NCBI GenBank assembly: GCA_964016885.1 | Contig: OZ024747.1 | Coordinates: 56,668,001-56,732,000 of the forward strand | Source of the DNA: Eledone cirrhosa | Lineage: Eukaryota | Length of the DNA stretch: 64,000 bases | Direction of reading: 5' to 3' | Shown: one piece after another, positions 57,035 to 64,000 of the stretch | Position numbering within the stretch: the stretch's first letter is position 1 | Layout of the letters: each line of letters starts with the position of its first letter | Made by a program: the position numbers and the translations under genes | The notes under the pieces: generated by a model | Seen by the model: the letters and a program-made list of their open reading frames with translations, nothing else | What the model was told of the DNA's origin: nothing | Database searches by the model: none

Positions 57035-57380
57035 TCATTTTCATTTCATCATTTCATTTTACGTCCGCTTTTTCCCTGCTTGCAAGGATGGGACGGGAAC
57101 TGATGGTGGCTTGATTTCTACAGCTGGATGCCCTTCCTAACACCAACCTCATTTACAGTGAGTGCTGGGTGCTTTTTTGCCGTGGCACCTCCACAACCAC
57201 TTTACAGTGGAATGATAGGGACCCCAGTCCCTATCATCTCATTTCTACAGCTGAGTAAACTGGAGCAATGTGAAATAAAGTGTCTTGCTCAAGGAAACAA
57301 CACATCACCCAGTCTGAGAATTGAACTCACAACCTTTCGATTGCAAGGCCAATTCTCTAACCACTAAGCCATGTGCCTCC
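57035..57380 (-). mobile_element. SINE family A, full length
   Basis: Reverse complement of 56022-56364. Confidence 0.9.
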
Positions 57381-57393
57381 ATCCATATATATA

Positions 57394-57477
<84 letters not shown>

Positions 57478-57743
57478 TATTTGTTTAACGGCTATGTAAT
57501 GTTAGTGTGTATCAATGAGATAGCAGAAGAGAAGTGAGAGAATAGTTGAGTAGATTAGGAACTGAATGTAATGTTTGAAAGAGAAAATTACACTGGTATG
57601 AGGATGTGATGCATAAAGAGAATAACATTACTATAAAAACAGTGTTGAATACTTAAAATGAATGGAACCTGTGAAAGGAGCAATTGAAGGAAGACATGGA
57701 ATGAAGTTGTGAGGAGTGACCTCAAGAAACTGACTCTTATTAA

Positions 57744-57975
57744 GGTGCATGGCTAACTCGTAAGGGCATTGGGCTTATAATTGTGAAGTTGTGAGTTCAA
57801 TTCTCAGACCAGGTGGTAAATTGTCTCCTTCAGCAAGACACTTTATTTCCCATTGCTCCAGGTCACTCAGAAATAAGTTGCGCTTTGACTTGTGCCAGTT
57901 GTGCCATTGCCTTTCCCTTGGACAACATCAGTGGCATGGATGTTTATGCAGGTGTGGTGAGCCACATATATTCTA
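57744..57975 (+). mobile_element. SINE family A, variant tail, decayed
   Basis: gtgagttcaattctcagacc, cagcaagacactttattt. Confidence 0.7.
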
Positions 57976-58046
57976 CCAAATAGAAATTAGAAAAAGCAAA
58001 ATGAATTCTTCACCTTCACCCCGGAGACAAACAGTCATCCTTTTGT

Positions 58047-58352
58047 ATCATCATCATCATCATCATCGTTTAATGTCCATCTTCCATGCTAGGAAGGGTA
58101 GGACAGGCTGTCCCTTCTTCGTGAGGAATCAGGTTGGGGGACAGTGAATTCACTCACACAACACTGGTTTTGGTTTGGTTCTACAGCTGGATGCCCTTCC
58201 TAATGCCGATGTATGTAGGGAGAAATCTGTTGTTATAAACAGGGTGAGTAGCTCGCTAAACTTCTTCTATCCTATACTTATTCAAACTATTATGCTTGCG
58301 GAGCACCCTCCTCTCCTGATAATTAGGTGACCTAGATAGCAGAAGCTATCAA
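58047..58352 (-). mobile_element. RTE fragments (post-RT piece joined to 3' UTR)
   Basis: Minus 58352-58204 VDSFCYLGHLIIRRGGCSASII..KKFSELL; tail 58047-58208. Confidence 0.7.
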
Positions 58353-58440
58353 CCATATATCAATGTATATATATATATATATATACATTGATATATGGTT
58401 GATAGATTCTGCTATCTATCTATATATATATATATATATA

Positions 58441-59175
58441 TAAACAAGGTTAACTTGAACATCGAGTTATGTATACATAACTTAGTGAACCATATAGCAT
58501 TCAGCAACCACTGTAAGCTCTCTAAGATTAATCTCTCTAGTGGTGTAAACACTAGAATGCCTCTTAACCCTACACCCAGTAATACTGATAACAACAATAA
58601 TAATAATAATAGTAATATTGATTCCTTTACTATTAGCGACGGTTATGATGGTTGCCATTATGGCAACAATTATAATGCTAGCATGCATATCACACCAACT
58701 AGCACATGCTTGGATGCGAATAACCATAGCTTGCATGATCACCAGAATACAATAGTAAATATTTACCATAGGAACTGTAATTGTAGGACCCTAGCAACTG
58801 TCTACTTCAGGGTCATTGCCTAATTGCCTAGTTAGTAATGTGATCTATAAGTGCACAGTCACTACAGATAATAGTATTAAATCTTACATAGGAGCTATTT
58901 CTACTGAATTCAAAGCTAGATTTGATCCCACCGCCATTATTTTAAAAATAGAAAACTGAAGTTCTCAACTTCTCTCGCAAACTATATTACTCAATAAATA
59001 GATTCCAACACTAGTTGTATAACATAAGAGCAGCCTCTTATAACTTTAAGAAGAAATGTAATTTGTGTCTGATGGAGGTATGTTATATTATATGATCTGC
59101 ACCTACACATATTAACAATAGAGCCAAAACAGTAATCAATTGTTCACAAAAGCTTCCCTACTCTTTCTCTAACAG
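58441..59175 (+). pseudogene. Second PLE type: linker and GIY-YIG remnant (Hydra-clade-like)
   Basis: CNCR..CLVSNVIYKCTVTTDNSIKSYIGAISTEFKARF..STSLANYI..CNLCLMEVCYII..NNRAKTVINC across frameshifts. Confidence 0.7.
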
Positions 59176-59862
59176 AGTCTATGATCCCATATAGTCATCT
59201 AAAATGTTCAGCCTCAATTTCCTCCCTCAACCCTAAAATATTAACTATTAACTATTTTCTATAGAGTAGTCAGGATACCTAAATCTTTTTAAAAAATATT
59301 TTTCTCCTCCTTTCCCTCCTCCCCACCTTAATAAGACGCTAGATCACTGCAGCTTATAATTGATGACTTAATTGAAGACTGTACACCTTGGTCCCCAATA
59401 CACCACCAAACATCTACTCTATCAATGTCACTTAACTTTGGCAAGTTATAATTCAATTTCTTTTAAAAATACACCCTAGTTACTTCCTTTAAATAATTAT
59501 GCCCCTTTATAGCCGCCATTTTAGATAGATAAGTTTGTTCTCTTATTAAAAGTATTGCGGATCAAGGTAAGAACTCTGATGTATATTTGCCTCTTAAGTA
59601 TTTCTCTGAAAGAATAATTATACCATTAATGGATAAATTCATTTTGCTTTTGTACAGATTGGACTTTCCTCCAGCAACATCCTTAAAGACTCTCCTTAAT
59701 GTTTCTCCTCTGAAGATTCCAAAATGCATGAGCTTTATAATAATATATATGCATACACATGTATATATAGACCTGTTGTATTGTAATTGTACTTTGGATG
59801 AAAGACTGTGTAAGAATTAAATTTTGTTCTTAAAGTATTGCCTTCTCCTCCATATACATTTG

Positions 59863-59905
<43 letters not shown>

Positions 59906-59958
59906 GTAACAAAACATGGGATTTTATATCCAAAGGACAAGTTTGGTATAGAATTTGC

Positions 59959-60117
59959 TCCACAACAAATTAGGAAACCATACTTATAAACATATGCTCA
60001 CCCGAAGGATTTTTCAACTTGTGTATGGTTATAGTGAGAATTATAACCATACACAAGTTGAAGAATGCTTTGGATGACACGCGTGTTCATAAGCATGGTT
60101 TGTTAATTTGTTGTGGA
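59959..60117. repeat. Diverged fold-back palindrome with hammerhead remnant
   Basis: ttcaacttgtgtatggttata gtgagaat tataaccatacacaagttgaa core; TTGAAGA then tcc-ttcg-gg-like stem. Confidence 0.8.
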
Positions 60118-60195
60118 ACTAACTCTCTCTCTATCTATCTATCTATCTCTCTATCTCTCTCTCTCTCTATCTCTCTCTCTCTCTACCTCTCTCTC

Positions 60196-60238
<43 letters not shown>

Positions 60239-60281
60239 CAAAATATTAATAAATGAAGACATTCACATAATCAAAATATAT

Positions 60282-60346
60282 GTTTTATTATATAGATTTC
60301 GAAGGTACTGTGCTGTTTTTTCAGTACGTCCTTATCAGATAAAATA
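60282..60346 (-). ncRNA. Hammerhead, family of 34327, core mutated (CTGATAA)
   Basis: tattttat CTGATAA ggac gtactg..cagtac cttc GAAA tctataT A ataaaac. Confidence 0.65.
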
Positions 60347-60536
60347 CATGAATTGATGTATGACATACCTCAACGGTCTTGATGGTTAGTGCTTTTAAGC
60401 TATTGTAAAACTATATTCATTGAGTAATCAATGAACCATATTAATCTTTGGTTATATATATATAATATATATATATATCCGTATGTAGTTGATGGCCAAG
60501 AAAAAAAAAATACCCAATACCAAAGTAGGGTTTAAA

Positions 60537-60681
60537 TCATTTTATTAAGGCAAAATAGTGAATGTTGTTACTCTGGAGTTTCACCTGCTTCTCACAGGGT
60601 CATTATGTATTCTGATGAGCCTGTGAGAAGCAGGTGAAACTCCAAAGTAACAAAACTCACTATTTTGCTTTAATAAAATGA
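60537..60681. repeat. Fold-back palindrome centred on a hammerhead core
   Basis: Arms 60537-60603 / 60615-60681; CTGATGA gcctg tgagaag caggt GAAA ct ccaa agT A at 60612-60649. Confidence 0.85.
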
Positions 60682-60705
60682 ATATATATATATATACATA
60701 TATGG

Positions 60706-60758
<53 letters not shown>

Positions 60759-60777
60759 TATACATATAAGCATATAC

Positions 60778-60816
<39 letters not shown>

Positions 60817-60881
60817 CACATATATATATATACATATATATATATATACACATATATATATATATACACATATATTTATAT

Positions 60882-60958
<77 letters not shown>

Positions 60959-60962
<4 letters not shown>

Positions 60963-61995
60963 CTCTGAAAGTACAGTAGCTAGAGTCAGAACTGGATGGA
61001 AAAAGTTCAGAGAGATTATACCACTATTAGCTGCTAAAGGGTTCTCCCTAAAAATGAAAGGCAGGTTGTATGATGCCTGCATACGAACAGCAATGTTGCA
61101 TGGCAGTGAGACCTGGGCATTGTGTGCAGAGGATATACACAGACTAGAGAGGAACGAAGCTTGCATGCTCCGCTGGATGTGTAATAGTAATATACATGAA
61201 CGGCAAAGCATAAGCGAACTAAGGGAAAAATTAGAAATAAGAGGGATCAGATGTTGTTTACTCGAGAGAAGGCTACGTTGGTATGGTCACGTGATGCGCA
61301 TGAAAGACGACAGCTGTATAACAAAGTGCAGGGCAATAAAGATAGACGGTAGCCATGGAGTAGGCAGACCCAGAAAAACCTGGGACGAGCTGATAAATTC
61401 TGACCTCACACATCTACACCTCTCCAAGACAATGTCACTGGACCGAGACCTTTGGCGGTACTCAGTAATAGAGAAGACCCACCTTACCTAAATACAAAGT
61501 AAAACCTACTACAGCCAGTAGGCATCTCTATCAGAATACACCCCCGTCCCACCACCCCCACCCCATCCACACCGCCCCTTCAATGTAAAGTTATGTTGGT
61601 GCCACAACATCCAGGCCGAAACAAATGAGATCGTGTAGGTGTCACGACAAAAAAACACACAGTCCACGCTGTAATGTGGCCGTGTAGGCAACACGGTAAA
61701 AACCTCCCAGCCCCACACTGTAAATGTGGTTGGTGTTAGGAAGGGCATCCAGCTGTAGAAAACCTGCCAGACACTCCACGCTGTAATGTGGCCGTGTAGG
61801 CAACACGGTAAAAACCTCCCAGCCCCATACTGTAAATGTGGTTGGTGTTAGGAAGGGCATCCAGCTGTAGAAAACCCGCCAGACAGTCCTATGCGAGCAA
61901 AGCAACCACTCTTGCCTCAAGTGGGAAAACCCCCGTCCAAACCCATGCAAGCGTGGAACACGGACGTTAAACGTTGATGATGATGATGATGATGA
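60959..61995 (+). mobile_element. 5'-truncated RTE LINE (ORF C-terminus to 61491, 3' UTR with ~112-bp tandem duplication)
   Basis: Highly similar to 41935-42798; duplication 61663-61773 / 61775-61885. Confidence 0.92.
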
Positions 61996-63165
61996 TATAT
62001 ATATATATATATATCCATATATGTATATGTGTATACATATATACATACATACAAAAGTGTATATGTGTGTGAATGCATAATATGACTGCATATAATAATT
62101 GGAGTGTTTACATATGTGTGATATTGTGATTTACCATTGTTTATTTTTGTAGTTTTATTTTCTTTTTGTATTTTTATTTCTGCTAATCATCATCATCATC
62201 TTCATCATCATTATCATTTATATCGTCATCACCTTTGTTATGATGATTATCTTTATGATAAATCACATCACTGTCATCATCATTATTATCATCTTTTCGT
62301 TTCAAATTATGATTATTACTTATCTTCTTTCTCTCTAGCCCCTCTTCTTCCCACCTCTTTCACCCCTGCTTCTTTCACTTTTTTCCCTTTTCTCCCCACC
62401 TCTTTACCTCTCTTCTTTCCTTTTCTTTCCCCCTTTTCCCCACCTCTTTTCCCTTCTCCCCACCTCTTCCCATCTCTTTCACCTCTTCTTCTTTCCCTTT
62501 CTCCCCCACCTCTTTCTCTTAAGAAATACTTTTACATTTTCCTTAAGAATTACATCAATCAATCAGTCATTGTATTAAAAAAATTACTTACACTTACTAT
62601 TCTTATTTTTATTATTATTATCATTGGAATTGTTTTTAATTTTGCTGCTGTGTTGTTGTTGTTGTTGATATTGTTGTGCAGCTGTTGTTGTAGTTGTTGT
62701 AGTTATTGTGTTGTTGTTTGATTTAATCAAAGCAAAAGGGAAATTTTTGTAAATTAAAAAAATATATATTTCAAAACTTAAAAGAAAAACACATATATAA
62801 ACTCCATAAATAAAAAATAAAAATAAAAAAACGTGAAAAATAATGTGATATATTTTGGAGATAAAAGAATATTTTTATAAAACCTATCAATTTTTCAAAG
62901 AAATAATTTATCAATTAGGATATGAATATGTAATATGTATTACAAAAAATAATGAGCTTTATTGGGGTTTTTTAATCATTTTTTCCATTTAGTTGTTTTA
63001 AATCAATCAGGTTTAAATACATTTGTTTATTTATCCATTTGAAAGGTTTTTAACAATTTTGTTATATTCCTAATGGAATACTCTGTCAATGATTTTCAAA
63101 TTACTTTGTAAATAATGAAGAATTTCAAGGAATTTGGTAATATTTCCCATTATTAAACTGGTGTA

Positions 63166-63566
63166 GGATGGCGGATTGGCAGTATCGGTAGAGTGTCGGA
63201 CAACATGCTTTGTGGAATAGTGTTACAGCTCTTTATGATCTGAATTCAATCCCATTGAGGTTAGCTTTGGCTTTCATCTTTATGGGGTTGATAAAATAAA
63301 GTACCAGTAATACACTGAGGCATTTAATCGACTTTCCCCTCACTCAAAATTGCTGGCCTTGTGTCTAAATCAGAAACCATTAATAAACTGATGTAGTATT
63401 GGTAGAGCATTGGACAACATGGTTTGTGGAATTCTGTTACATCTCTTTATGTTCTGAGTTCAAATCCCACCAATGTTAGCTTTGCTTTTCATCTCTATGT
63501 GTTGATAAAATAAAGCATCAGTAATGCACTTGGGTCAATTTATTTGACTTTCCACCTCCCCCAAAT
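63166..63566 (+). mobile_element. Two tandem SINE family B copies
   Basis: 63166-63381 and 63393-63566. Confidence 0.8.
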
Positions 63567-63709
63567 TAACATGTTGAAAAAGGAGCTTTGTATGCACAAT
63601 GGAGAGTTTCAACTGGTTTGTTATAAAAAACCTTAATTAATATGTAGTCATCTCTAAATAGGTAGCATGTAAGTAGAGTCATGAGAATGTCTGATAGAAT
63701 ACTTTACAG

Positions 63710-64000
63710 CAGGGGTTCTCAACCGTTTTCTCTGTGGACCACCAAAATAAGTAATTTTTTCCTGTGGACCACCTAAACTTTTAAATCTTTTGTAATAGAA
63801 CTTATAAGCATCAGTAGATGTTTTTTTTTCAATGAATTAGAAAATGCTATTATCATGTCACAGTGCCTAAAAATCTACGCAAATAAACAGTTGAAGTCGT
63901 ACTTATGCGAAGAATAAGAACAGCGCTTTAAGTCAAATGCATGGATCAAAAAAGAATTTGCTATTGAAAATTTTCTGTGGACCACTAGTAGCCCACATGG
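63710..64000. mobile_element. hAT/Charlie-type MITE, left end (runs off window)
   Basis: CAGGGGTTCTCAACC terminus and subterminal ctgtggacc repeats; right TIR not in window. Confidence 0.55.

Overview
AT-rich, repeat-saturated eukaryotic DNA. The (TA)n/(TG)n/(GGT)n load, tRNA-derived SINEs and RTE LINEs fit an octopod cephalopod, but that is an inference. No recognisable intact host gene is present. Nearly all ORFs in the track are microsatellite artefacts, and only a few weak exon candidates remain. Real coding remnants are retroelement pieces: RTE (several copies), Penelope-like elements (PLEs) of two GIY-YIG types, Tx1/L1, a CRE-like restriction-type endonuclease, and a BovB-like RTE C-terminus. 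There are also two SINE families, a TTAA piggyBac-type MITE, a hAT MITE end, long satellites and a 200-N gap. Two signals stand out. (1) About ten fold-back (inverted-repeat) elements of 60-950 bp from at least six unrelated families, most of them embedded in or next to (TA)n. They carry minimal type I hammerhead ribozyme (HHR) motifs, some intact and some decayed, always pointing away from the symmetry centre. (2) A composite at 43008-45941 in which PLE inverted terminal repeats enclose an RTE reverse-transcriptase core joined to a PLE thumb plus GIY-YIG region, one base away from being in frame.
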